Origin: Anaerolineae bacterium
GTDB taxonomy: Bacteria; Chloroflexota; Anaerolineae; B4-G1; SLSP01
Reading direction: 5' to 3'
NCBI GenBank assembly: GCA_034676805.1
Contig: JAXDDO010000006.1
Coordinates: forward strand, 9,305-73,304
Length of the DNA: 64,000 nucleotides
A program made the translations under genes and the position numbers. Positions 1 through 8,238 of this stretch are shown piece after piece. Within the stretch, counting starts at the first letter, position 1; each line of letters begins with the position of its first letter. The notes under the pieces are model-generated. The model searched no databases and was not told the DNA's origin. It saw nothing but the letters and a program-made list of their open reading frames with translations.

Positions 1-339
1 CTCATCGTGGTAACGCTGCCCGGTTCGGCTCTTGTCAATGCCGCCGGCGCGCTGGGCCTGCGCGTCGCTCTCGAGGGATTCGCCGACCGTGCTTATACGA
101 GCGCCGGCACCCTTGTGCCGCGGCCCCAGCCAGGCGCCGTGATCCACGATCCGGAGGAGGCCGCCGCCAGGGCTATCCGTATGGTGACCGAGGGCCGGAT
201 CGACGCAATCACCGGCGAGTCCGTGCCTGTTCAGATCGACACCTTGTGCGTTCACGGCGACACACCCAACGCCCCCGACATCGCCCGGGCCCTGCGCGCG
301 CGCTTGACGGCGGCCAACGTGACCATCAGGAGCCTGTGA
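1..339 (+). CDS. pxpA: 5-oxoprolinase subunit A (LamB/YcsF family), C-terminal fragment; 5' end lies outside the window
   Basis: Frame is open from base 1 to TGA 337-339. The C-terminal sequence ...DTLCVHGDTPNAPDIARALR... is LamB/YcsF-like. It is followed by pxpB and pxpC, with a GTGA start/stop overlap. Confidence 0.8.
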   Translation, partial: LIVVTLPGSALVNAAGALGLRVALEGFADRAYTSAGTLVPRPQPGAVIHDPEEAAARAIRMVTEGRIDAITGESVPVQIDTLCVHGDTPNAPDIARALRARLTAANVTIRSL

Positions 340-1046
340 GCCCGGACGCCAGCTACCCACGCATCCTACCGGTCGGCGAGGCAGCGGTTACCGTTGAGTT
401 CGGCGACCGTGTCGACGTTGCGCTGAACCGCCAGGTGCATGCGCTGGACGCTCGCCTGCGCGCCGACCCTGTTGCGGGGATCGTCGAGACGGTGCCCACC
501 TACCGCTCGCTGCTCGTGATCTACGATCCCCAACAGATTGGGGCTGGGGCGCTGGAGACCGCGCTTGCTCGCGAGGCGCAGCGTGTGCAGGCAGCGAGGC
601 CGGCAGCCGAAGGCTGGAACAGCGCCGAAATCCATACCGCCGTCCAGGATGCCACGTCGCCCATCGTCGAGATACCGGTCCGCTACGGCGGAGAGACCGG
701 GCCTGATCTCGGCGATGTGGCCACGCACTGCGGCCTGACGGAGGCGGAGGTGGTCGAGCAGCATACAGCGCCCCTCTACCAGGTGGCGATGTTGGGGTTC
801 GCGCCGGGTTTCGCCTACCTCCTCGGGCTCCCAACGTCGCTCACGACGCCACGCTTGGCCACGCCGCGGCTACGCATCCCGGCGGGAAGCGTGGGTATCG
901 CGGGATGGCAGACAGGGCTGTATGCCCTGAGCACGCCAGGCGGTTGGCGCATCATCGGCCGAACCGACCTGGTGCTCTTCGACCCAGAGCGCAGCCCACC
1001 GTTCACGCTCGACGCCGGCGTCCGGGTGCGCTTCGTGTCGGTATGA
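336..1046 (+). CDS. pxpB: 5-oxoprolinase subunit B (KipI / allophanate hydrolase subunit 1 family)
   Basis: GTG at 336 overlaps the pxpA stop. N-terminus YPRILPVGEAAVTVEFGD... and the segment FAPGFAYLLGLP...PAGSVGIAG.QTGLY are typical of the family. The track start at 246 is an out-of-context extension overlapping pxpA. Confidence 0.85.
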   Translation: MSPDASYPRILPVGEAAVTVEFGDRVDVALNRQVHALDARLRADPVAGIVETVPTYRSLLVIYDPQQIGAGALETALAREAQRVQAARPAAEGWNSAEIHTAVQDATSPIVEIPVRYGGETGPDLGDVATHCGLTEAEVVEQHTAPLYQVAMLGFAPGFAYLLGLPTSLTTPRLATPRLRIPAGSVGIAGWQTGLYALSTPGGWRIIGRTDLVLFDPERSPPFTLDAGVRVRFVSV

Positions 1047-1095
1047 GCGCGTTCGCGGTCCGGACAACGCTACAAGGTGCCCAGGAGGACCGGGC

Positions 1096-2040
1096 GTGAC
1101 CCTGCAGATCGTTGATCCGGGGTTTCTGACGACGGTTCAGGACATGGGGCGCCATGGCTGGGCTCGCTACGGCATCCCACCCTCCGGGCCGATGGACGCC
1201 GCAGCCGCGTCGGCAGCCAATATCCTCGTGGGTAACCCCGCAGACGCGGCTCTCCTGGAGATCACGCTCCTCGGGCCGGCACTGTGGCCGCAGTGCGACG
1301 TGTTGATCGCCGTATGTGGAGCGACGTTCGAGCTATGGGCCGGGGAGCTGCGGGTACCAGCCTGGCACGCGGTCTTCGTGCGCGCGGGGCACAGCGTGCG
1401 CTTCGCACAGCGACAGGCCGGGGCGAGGGCCTATCTGGCCGTGGCAGGCGGGATCGCTGCCCCACCTTTCCTTGGCTCGCGCGCCACCTATCTGCCGGGC
1501 GGGTTTGGCGGTTGGCACGGACGGGCGCTGCAGCGGGGAGACAGACTACCCATCGGGCCGGATCCTGCAGGGCGACCGGCACACGCCCTCCTGACCGATG
1601 CGGGGATGGCTTGGCCCAGATCGCAACGCCCGGCCTATACCGCTATGCCGACGCTGCGTGTCGTGCTGGGCCCCCAACACGACGCCTTCGAGCCGGAGGC
1701 AATCCACCGGTTCCTCGGTGAACCCTATACAGTGACCCCGAGGGCGGATCGTATGGGCATCCGCCTCCAGGGCCGTCCCCTGGCTCACCGCGGCCCCGCC
1801 GAGATCGTCTCCGACGGCTTGGTGACGGGCAGCGTGCAAGTGCCTCCCGATGGACAGCCCATTGTGATGATGGTGGACCACCAGACAACAGGCGGCTATC
1901 CCAAGATCGCTACTGTGATACGGCCCGACCTGCCGCTGCTGGCGCAGAGCCTCCCCGGCGACGTTGTGCGCTTCGCACCAATAGGGTTGCGGGAAGCTCA
2001 AGCCCTGCTGCGCCAGTCGGTAGCGGCTCCGCCATCTTAG
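1096..2040 (+). CDS. pxpC: 5-oxoprolinase subunit C (KipA / allophanate hydrolase subunit 2 family)
   Basis: AGGAGG lies 8 nt upstream of the GTG. N-terminus LQIVDPGFLTTVQDMGRHGW..YGIPPSGPMD and C-terminal HQTTGGYPKIATV motif match the family. Confidence 0.85.
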   Translation: MTLQIVDPGFLTTVQDMGRHGWARYGIPPSGPMDAAAASAANILVGNPADAALLEITLLGPALWPQCDVLIAVCGATFELWAGELRVPAWHAVFVRAGHSVRFAQRQAGARAYLAVAGGIAAPPFLGSRATYLPGGFGGWHGRALQRGDRLPIGPDPAGRPAHALLTDAGMAWPRSQRPAYTAMPTLRVVLGPQHDAFEPEAIHRFLGEPYTVTPRADRMGIRLQGRPLAHRGPAEIVSDGLVTGSVQVPPDGQPIVMMVDHQTTGGYPKIATVIRPDLPLLAQSLPGDVVRFAPIGLREAQALLRQSVAAPPS

Positions 2041-2092
2041 GGAGCACACGGCCGAACCGCGCCGGCGTTCGCCAACGGAGGAACGTCTACGC

Positions 2093-3424
2093 TCAGTCCT
2101 GAGGTGCCCAGCCCTGGGCTTCCAGGGCCGCGCGGGTAGCATCCCACGGAACCTCGTGAGGCGCCTGCCCCGCCAGCGCACCGAGCGCTGCAACCGTGCC
2201 GGCAGCCTGGCCCATCGCGACGGCGTTGCCCGTCACCCGATAACTGGCGTGGGCGAGGAAGTCCCCGCTGATACAGCGGCCTGCCATGAGCAGACCATCC
2301 ACGTCACGCGCAATCAGGGCGCGCAGCGGAATGTCATAGGGAAGAGTCACAACGCCCATCGCCGAGAGGCCACGGTCTTTGCTCGGGTCCAGCGAGTGGA
2401 CATCGACGCCGAAGGTCACCCGACAGATGGCATCGATGTGGCGCGCCCCGCTGACGAGGTCTTCGCGCGTCACGCGATAGCGCCCGTGGATGCGCCGCGC
2501 CTCGCGGATCCCGATATGCTCCGATGTCGCCACGACGTGGACGCCCTCCCAGGGACCACCCAGCCCACGCAGGGCTTCCACGATCGCGTGGACCTCGGCC
2601 CGGCCTCGCAGCGTCGCCCCGGTGACTGCTGCAGCATCTAGCGCCGAGACACCGTACTCGTGGTTGATCATCAGCGCCAGCAGGTTCTCGTGGACCTGAA
2701 AGAGCGTCGGATGGCCATAGGACGGCTCGCGGCCCGCGCGGCGGATCTCGGCCAGGAAGACCGCGGGGGTATGTCTCTCGTTGCCCTGCCAGAATGAGAT
2801 GAACTCACGCAACGCCGCAGCATCGCGGACGTTGATCAGCGCCATGTAGGTCATGGGCTGAACCTGGCCCGTCTCGGGGTGACCCACATCGAAGCCACAT
2901 CCAGCCAGTGCCGCAAGGTCGCCATCGCCCGTCGTGTCGACAAAAGCCTCCGCAGCCCAGGCCTGCCGCCCCGACTTCGATTCAGTGATGATGAGCGAGA
3001 GACGGTTGTCGGCATCGCGCACCGCCCCGACCACGCGTGTGAACAACTGCACCTGCACGCCCGCCTCCAGGCAGAGCTGATCCAGCAACAGCTTCAACGC
3101 CTCGATGTCGTAGGCGAAGTGATGGCGGTTGGTGCCCACGCGCGCACCGCTGCGCGTGAGGGCATCGGTGATCTCACGCGCAATCCCCGGCTTGTCAAAG
3201 TCCCAGATCCACGCCAGTTGCCCCGCAGTCCAGGTGCCGCCCAGGCAACCGAGAACCTCGATGAGGCGCGTGCGAGCACCCGTCCGGGCAGCCGCCAGGG
3301 CCGCCGCGATACCTGCCGGCCCCGCCCCACAGACGACGACATCCGTTCGTTCAACAACCGGGATTTCGCGCGCCGGCTCAAGGTAGCCGGCGGTAGCGGC
3401 TGGGCGTCCGCTCTCCACGGTCAC
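2093..3424 (-). CDS. FAD-dependent oxidoreductase (FAD_oxidored/GIDA-like family)
   Basis: Dinucleotide-binding motif DVVVCGAGPAGIAAALAAAR. The likely start is GTG 3424, one base after the upstream gene's TGA (TGACGTG). The track start at 3571 would overlap the upstream CDS by 146 nt. Confidence 0.7.
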   Translation of the reverse strand: MTVESGRPAATAGYLEPAREIPVVERTDVVVCGAGPAGIAAALAAARTGARTRLIEVLGCLGGTWTAGQLAWIWDFDKPGIAREITDALTRSGARVGTNRHHFAYDIEALKLLLDQLCLEAGVQVQLFTRVVGAVRDADNRLSLIITESKSGRQAWAAEAFVDTTGDGDLAALAGCGFDVGHPETGQVQPMTYMALINVRDAAALREFISFWQGNERHTPAVFLAEIRRAGREPSYGHPTLFQVHENLLALMINHEYGVSALDAAAVTGATLRGRAEVHAIVEALRGLGGPWEGVHVVATSEHIGIREARRIHGRYRVTREDLVSGARHIDAICRVTFGVDVHSLDPSKDRGLSAMGVVTLPYDIPLRALIARDVDGLLMAGRCISGDFLAHASYRVTGNAVAMGQAAGTVAALGALAGQAPHEVPWDATRAALEAQGWAPQD

Positions 3425-3425
3425 G

Positions 3426-3953
3426 TCATCCCTCCGCCCGGGCCAGGACCTGCACGACCTCGCCCACGTACATCCGGTGGAAGTCGTGCGCGGCGTAGGC
3501 CTCATCGACAATCGCCCTCTGTACAAAGCTAGCTTCGGTAAGGTCCTGCGCATAGAGCTTGTGACAGACAAGGACCAGCCGTGCCTGGGCGAAATAGACC
3601 TCGCCGGTGGGCGCGAAAAGCGGTGTCAACCCGGTCGCGGCGATCTTGTCCACATCACGGCCCGAGTGGGTCCCGCAGTAGTTCAGTGCCTCACGGTGCT
3701 CCGGGCCGAAGAAGCTCAGTGTGAACCCGGCGCCGCGCTCCATCAGGCCAAAAGTATGGCGTTGGGGCCTCACAAAGACGAACGCAACCGGGCGACCCCA
3801 GAGGAATCCCATCCCGCCCCAACTTGCTGTCATCGGGTTGAACACCTGTTGATCCCCCGCCGTGATCAGCATCCACTCCTTGCCGATCAGGCGAAAGACG
3901 TTTTCCGAAAGCGTTTCTGTCGCGATCTCCTGGAAACGTGGCGCAGTTGACAC
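3426..3953 (-). CDS. Flavin reductase-like (FMN-binding split-barrel) protein
   Basis: AGGAGG lies 5 nt upstream of the GTG start. Sequence LITAGD..FNPMTASWGGMGFLWGRPVAFVFVRPQRHT is typical of the flavin reductase-like domain. The gene is tightly coupled to the downstream FAD oxidoreductase. Confidence 0.7.
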   Translation of the reverse strand: MSTAPRFQEIATETLSENVFRLIGKEWMLITAGDQQVFNPMTASWGGMGFLWGRPVAFVFVRPQRHTFGLMERGAGFTLSFFGPEHREALNYCGTHSGRDVDKIAATGLTPLFAPTGEVYFAQARLVLVCHKLYAQDLTEASFVQRAIVDEAYAAHDFHRMYVGEVVQVLARAEG

Positions 3954-4003
3954 AAAGGCCTCCTGTGAATGAAAGAGTCGCTAACAACCAGGGGCACAGC
4001 GTG

Positions 4004-4918
4004 CTACACGCGCCCCTGTCCAAAGAGCCGGCCCGCCGTGTAAAGAAGCGAGCGCGGTATCACCGCCGCTGCAGTTGCCAGCAGCCGGTAGCCCAATCCC
4101 GGAACCGAGATCACCCGGTCGTCGTGCAGATCGCGCAATGAGCCCGCGATCGCTGCCTCCGGCGCCATCCACAGCCAATCGGGGAGTCTGAGACGCTCGA
4201 CGTTGGACACCTCTTGCAGTTCCGTGCGCACAAAGCCGGGGCACAGTGCCTGCACTCGCACGCCGCTGCCTGCCAACTCCTGATAGAGAGCCTCACTGAA
4301 CGCTCGCAAGTAGCATTTGGTGCTGGCATAGGTCGAGCTGGCATAGATGGGATAGAACGACATAAGCGACGAGACGTTGACGATGGCGCCACGGCGTCGC
4401 GCCAGCATGCCGGGTAACGCCGCTCGGGTCAACCGCAGCGTGGCATGGATGTGCAGACGAACCATCGCCAGGTGCTTGTCCATGTCAGCCTCGGCAAAGC
4501 GCTGCACGAGCCCAAACCCCGCGTTGTTGACAAGGAACGCTATGGTATCCGTGGACGCGATGGCCTGTTCAACAAGCGAGATGCCGGCGTCGGTCGACAG
4601 GTCGGCCGGCAAAGCCGTCGCCTCGACCCGGTACTCGCGTGCCAACTGCTCCGCGAGCGCCTCCAGTCGCTCGCGCCGGCGCGCGACCAGGATCACGTTG
4701 AAGCCCCGGCGGGCCAACTGCGTCGCATAGACCATGCCGATCCCGCTCGATGCACCCGTAACCAGTGCCGTGAGCCGCTCCTCGGACGGCCGCAGGGGCG
4801 AAGTCTGCCATGCGCGTCGCAGGCGCCAGATCCGCAGCGCGACGACGGCCCCCAGTGCCGCACCGACGCCGAGCCAGAAAGGTCTGGCGCCATCCTTCGA
4901 GTCTTGGTGATTGTTCAT
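4004..4918 (-). CDS. Short-chain dehydrogenase/reductase (SDR) with an N-terminal membrane anchor
   Basis: TGASSGIG cofactor motif, NNAG, and a YASTK catalytic Tyr/Lys. A hydrophobic helix FWLGVGAALGAVVALRIW sits at the N-terminus. ATG 4918 is preceded by GAGGGGG. Confidence 0.8.
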   Translation of the reverse strand: MNNHQDSKDGARPFWLGVGAALGAVVALRIWRLRRAWQTSPLRPSEERLTALVTGASSGIGMVYATQLARRGFNVILVARRRERLEALAEQLAREYRVEATALPADLSTDAGISLVEQAIASTDTIAFLVNNAGFGLVQRFAEADMDKHLAMVRLHIHATLRLTRAALPGMLARRRGAIVNVSSLMSFYPIYASSTYASTKCYLRAFSEALYQELAGSGVRVQALCPGFVRTELQEVSNVERLRLPDWLWMAPEAAIAGSLRDLHDDRVISVPGLGYRLLATAAAVIPRSLLYTAGRLFGQGRV

Positions 4919-5039
4919 CGTTTCCCCCTCTAGACAGCGTGCACCCACGCCGCCCGGCTAGTGTACCATGCAGGGCACGCGGCGCAATCTACCGGCGGCG
5001 GCTGCCCGGAGCCGTGTGAGGGAGAGCGCCAGCGGCAAC

Positions 5040-5663
5040 TCAGCCAATCCGCAGGGTCACGAGCAACGCCAAGAGCACCGTGCTCAGCCCGGCAATCGCG
5101 CCGTAACCCAGTAGGGCCACGGCGAAGGCCCACCAGGGCCGGCGCTCTGCAATGAAGGACGATTTCGCGGAGACGACAAGGGTACGGGCGACTTTGTCAC
5201 CCAGCCGCTGACGCAGCGGCGACTTCATCTGGAGATAGGCCACGGCGCCGAAGATCAGGCCGTCAGCAAGCCGCAGGACACCGCGAAGCAGCGCCTGTCC
5301 GAGCGAACAGAGCCGCCCCTCGTAGTTCACCACGCGGAGTCCCAGCAAGAGCTTCCCCACCGTGGCTCCGAAGGCCGCCTCCATTGCGGCCGTGTAGAGG
5401 ATCGACAGAACCAGGGCCAGCGACAATCTCGCCAAGAGCGGCAGATCTGAGCCGACGGTGTAGGTACGCCCGCCCGCTTCCAGCAGGGCAGCGAGCGGCA
5501 GGAAGATGACAACGCTGAAGATCGCTTCCGCGAGGTAGTTGATCAGGACCAACACCACGAGGTCGAGCAGATAGGCCAGCATCCGGATCAGGAACCCCTT
5601 GACCTCGATGCCAGCATCGATGAGAGCCTGTACCTCGGGCGTGACCTCGTGTGTAGAGTACAT
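5040..5663 (-). CDS. RDD family membrane protein
   Basis: AGGAGG RBS. Several TM helices, plus the family-typical segment GATVGKLLLGLRVV and an R..D spacing. Confidence 0.6.
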   Translation of the reverse strand: MYSTHEVTPEVQALIDAGIEVKGFLIRMLAYLLDLVVLVLINYLAEAIFSVVIFLPLAALLEAGGRTYTVGSDLPLLARLSLALVLSILYTAAMEAAFGATVGKLLLGLRVVNYEGRLCSLGQALLRGVLRLADGLIFGAVAYLQMKSPLRQRLGDKVARTLVVSAKSSFIAERRPWWAFAVALLGYGAIAGLSTVLLALLVTLRIG

Positions 5664-5830
5664 TTTGTTCCTCCTGTCACCGGCATCTCGTCATCTTGCC
5701 GCGTCGACCTCACAACGCCATTTCATCATATGCAACGTTGGCCATCCTGGCAACTCGTGTAAACTATGGTGTTGGTGGTCACGCGCACAACGGCGGTCGT
5801 GCCCACCGATAACGCCTGGAGGTTGTGTGA

Positions 5831-7423
5831 ATGCACACGGATACCGCGCTGAATCGCTCGCTGCGCGCGCTGGCGGATCCATGGACGTTGGCATGGGTGC
5901 TCATCTTGCTTGTGAACGACCATGTACTGCGCGTGATCGCCCCCAGTTGGATCACGGGGAAACTCGGGGATGTCGCGTGGCTGGCCTTTGCTCCAATCGT
6001 GGTCGCCGTGCCGCTCGCGTTGGTTGCGCCGCGGCGATGGTCGCAGCGTGACAGAAGGGTCGCACTCCTGGCGTGGGGACTCACCGGCGGGCTCTTCGCC
6101 ATCGTCAAGGCTGTCCCCACGGCGACAGCGACGTTCTCGGCCGGCTTCCGCGGCGTGTTTGGCTGGACCCCGTTGCTGGTATGCGATCCCACTGACCTCT
6201 TGACACTGCCGGCGCTGGCCCTGGCCTGGCGGCGCTGGTGGAAACAAGCTTCCGGGCCGCTACACCTGCCCCGGCGGTCCTGGTGGGTCTTAGGGCTCGC
6301 AGCTCTGGCTACGCTGGCCAACAGCGGTCCGCCCGACGAAGGGATCAGGTGCCTTGTGGTAACCGAGGAAGGGATCCTCGCCTTGCCACGCCACAGCTAC
6401 GGGATAACAGGGACCTTCGTGAGCACCGACGGCGGCCTGATGTGGACCGAGGTGCCGGAGGACCCCGAAAGCACCGGGGCCAGTTGTCCCGCCCGCAAAG
6501 GACCGTGGACATTGGCCGTGCCCGAGTCATCGACTGTCTATCGCTTTACGCCGGGCCAGCGCATTGAACGCTCCACTGACGACGGAGAGACGTGGACGGT
6601 GGAGTTTCGCCTGACCGGCGAAGAGGCCCGGATGGCCTACTACGCGAGCACACGCTACAACGTGCAGGGAGGATCCGGGCCCAACGCAGCCGTCATAGAT
6701 CCAGATAGCGGCAACCTTGTCCTCGCGATGGGCCACGAAGGAGTCCTGGTGCGCACGCCTGCCGGTGAATGGACGTGGGCGCCGGTAGGTGAATACCACT
6801 TCGAGTCGATCACAGGCCTAGACCACCTGACCGTGCTGTTGCTGGGCGAGCTTCAGCTCGCCGCCGCGGTGGCCCTGATCGCTACGAGTTGGCGCACGTG
6901 GCGGCTCTTCCGCCGCCCGGGACAGGCCGCCGTGCTGGTCGCGACCCTGATTGTCGGGTTCGTCGCAGTCGTCGCCCGCCCTGCACATACGACGGGGTAT
7001 GAAGCGATGATCATGAACGTGTTGGTCATCGCCGTCATTGTCATGGCGCTGGTGTTCGCGATTGTGGCCATCGTCCGCCTCATCGGGGCAACGGGCGTTA
7101 ACGACGGGGCGACGCGATTGCGCCGTAGGGACCAGCTGTTGATCACCGCAGGCCTGGCGTTGGGCGCAGCCGTTGTCTTTCTGGCGCCGTTTGTGCTATG
7201 GGCGCTCAGCATCCTGCCAACCTATACCTTGGCGACGTCCATCGCGATCACCCTGACAGCCGTGGCGCTGTTGGGCATCGCGGCGACCGGGCCGTACCCG
7301 GCGGTGGGAGCCCCGGAAGCCGACAGGGTGCTGGAAACGCCAACCATCAGCTCCGATGGAGATACACCTGAGTCTCTAGAGCCGGAAGAGCCAGTAGACC
7401 GGAGCACGCCCGACGAGCTCTAG
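5831..7423 (+). CDS. Polytopic membrane protein with a central extracytoplasmic domain carrying two Asp-box (S-x-D-x-G-x-x-W) motifs; function unknown
   Basis: GGAGG RBS. An N-terminal block of about 5 TM helices and a C-terminal block of about 5 TM helices flank a soluble segment of about 170 aa. That segment contains STDGGLMW (6422-6445) and STDDGETW (6572-6595). The protein has an acidic C-terminal tail. A terminator follows the gene. Confidence 0.6.
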   Translation: MHTDTALNRSLRALADPWTLAWVLILLVNDHVLRVIAPSWITGKLGDVAWLAFAPIVVAVPLALVAPRRWSQRDRRVALLAWGLTGGLFAIVKAVPTATATFSAGFRGVFGWTPLLVCDPTDLLTLPALALAWRRWWKQASGPLHLPRRSWWVLGLAALATLANSGPPDEGIRCLVVTEEGILALPRHSYGITGTFVSTDGGLMWTEVPEDPESTGASCPARKGPWTLAVPESSTVYRFTPGQRIERSTDDGETWTVEFRLTGEEARMAYYASTRYNVQGGSGPNAAVIDPDSGNLVLAMGHEGVLVRTPAGEWTWAPVGEYHFESITGLDHLTVLLLGELQLAAAVALIATSWRTWRLFRRPGQAAVLVATLIVGFVAVVARPAHTTGYEAMIMNVLVIAVIVMALVFAIVAIVRLIGATGVNDGATRLRRRDQLLITAGLALGAAVVFLAPFVLWALSILPTYTLATSIAITLTAVALLGIAATGPYPAVGAPEADRVLETPTISSDGDTPESLEPEEPVDRSTPDEL

Positions 7424-7445
7424 TTGTACACTTTGACAACATAAG

Positions 7446-7484
7446 ACGCGCAGCGACTCTCGGGGCGAGTCGCTGCGCGTTTTC
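7446..7484 (+). terminator. Rho-independent terminator after the 530-aa membrane protein gene
   Basis: Perfect 14-bp stem (ACGCGCAGCGACTC 7446-7459 pairing with GAGTCGCTGCGCGT 7467-7480), a 7-nt loop, followed by TTT. Confidence 0.65.
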
Positions 7485-7530
7485 GAGTCCACCACAGCCT
7501 TGGCATCCCCGTCGCCCCATCTTCGTCCGG

Positions 7531-7995
7531 CTAGAGTCTGAAGGTCAGCCCGTCATCGGTCTGCTCGGGATGCCATTGCTGGAGGTACCCCAGAACGTCA
7601 CGGCGGATCGCATCGCGGACCTCGCCAAAGCGCGCCAATCTCTCGTTCTCAGACCCAGTCGCAGCGGCAGGGTCTGCAAAACCGATATGCACGATGCTGC
7701 CCTTCCCCAGCCAGGTCGGGCAGTTCTTGGCCGCGTTATCGCACACCGTGATGACGACCTCGAAATCCTGCCCGCGAAACTCGTCGGTCGACTTGGAGCG
7801 GTGCCCCGCGATATCGATACCGATTTGGGCCATAGCCTTGACCGCGAGATCGTGCACGTACCCGGAGGGCCTGGTCCCTGCTGAGAACGCGATCCATTGA
7901 TCGCCGAGAAAATGGTTGATCAGCCCCTCGGCCATTTGGCTGCGGGCCGAATTGCCCGTACAGAGCACCAGTACTCTGTGCTTGTTCAGAAGCAC
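7531..7995 (-). CDS. arsC: Arsenate reductase, thioredoxin-coupled LMW-PTPase family
   Basis: P-loop CTGNSARS near the N-terminus, plus the downstream Cys pair VCDNAAKNCP (C-x6-C) characteristic of Trx-dependent ArsC. Confidence 0.85.
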   Translation of the reverse strand: MLLNKHRVLVLCTGNSARSQMAEGLINHFLGDQWIAFSAGTRPSGYVHDLAVKAMAQIGIDIAGHRSKSTDEFRGQDFEVVITVCDNAAKNCPTWLGKGSIVHIGFADPAAATGSENERLARFGEVRDAIRRDVLGYLQQWHPEQTDDGLTFRL

Positions 7996-8102
7996 CTCCT
8001 CATGAACCGTATTCCCCTGTGAGTTTTCGCCTGACAGAAGGCGGCAATGCCGCCAGTCGATCCTATGCTACATCCAAGCATGCCGCGCTGCCATTAAAGG
8101 CA

Positions 8103-8154
8103 GTTTACCAGATTGTTAAACTAACGTTAACGCAGCTCTAAAGCCACGTTAAAC
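8103..8154 (+). promoter_or_regulatory. Candidate Pho boxes: four phased direct repeats upstream of pstS
   Basis: GTTTAC (8103), GTTAAAC (8115), GTTAAC (8126) and GTTAAAC (8148) have start spacings of 12, 11 and 22 nt, about one helical turn. They lie in an AT-rich patch, with a possible -10 TATCGT at 8164-8169. The repeats resemble PhoP/PhoB TT(A/T)ACA-type boxes. Confidence 0.5.
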
Positions 8155-8238
8155 ACCCCGAGGTATCGTGAAGCAGATTCAGCGCAACGACGAACTGAGC
8201 GCTGAAAGAAACCAAACGAGTCTTGTGGAGGAGATAAC

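Noticed and set aside
336-2040. Annotating the first operon as allophanate hydrolase / urea amidolyase subunits
   Set aside because: The presence of a LamB/YcsF gene immediately upstream with start/stop overlap fits the three-component PxpABC 5-oxoprolinase. No urea carboxylase or biotin carrier domain is present.
2041-2092. Possible terminator hairpin (CGAAC...GTTCG) between pxpC and the convergent FAD oxidoreductase gene, and a hairpin at 34899-34930 after the GH2 gene
   Set aside because: The stems are short or imperfect and lack a U-tract. This is too weak to call as features.
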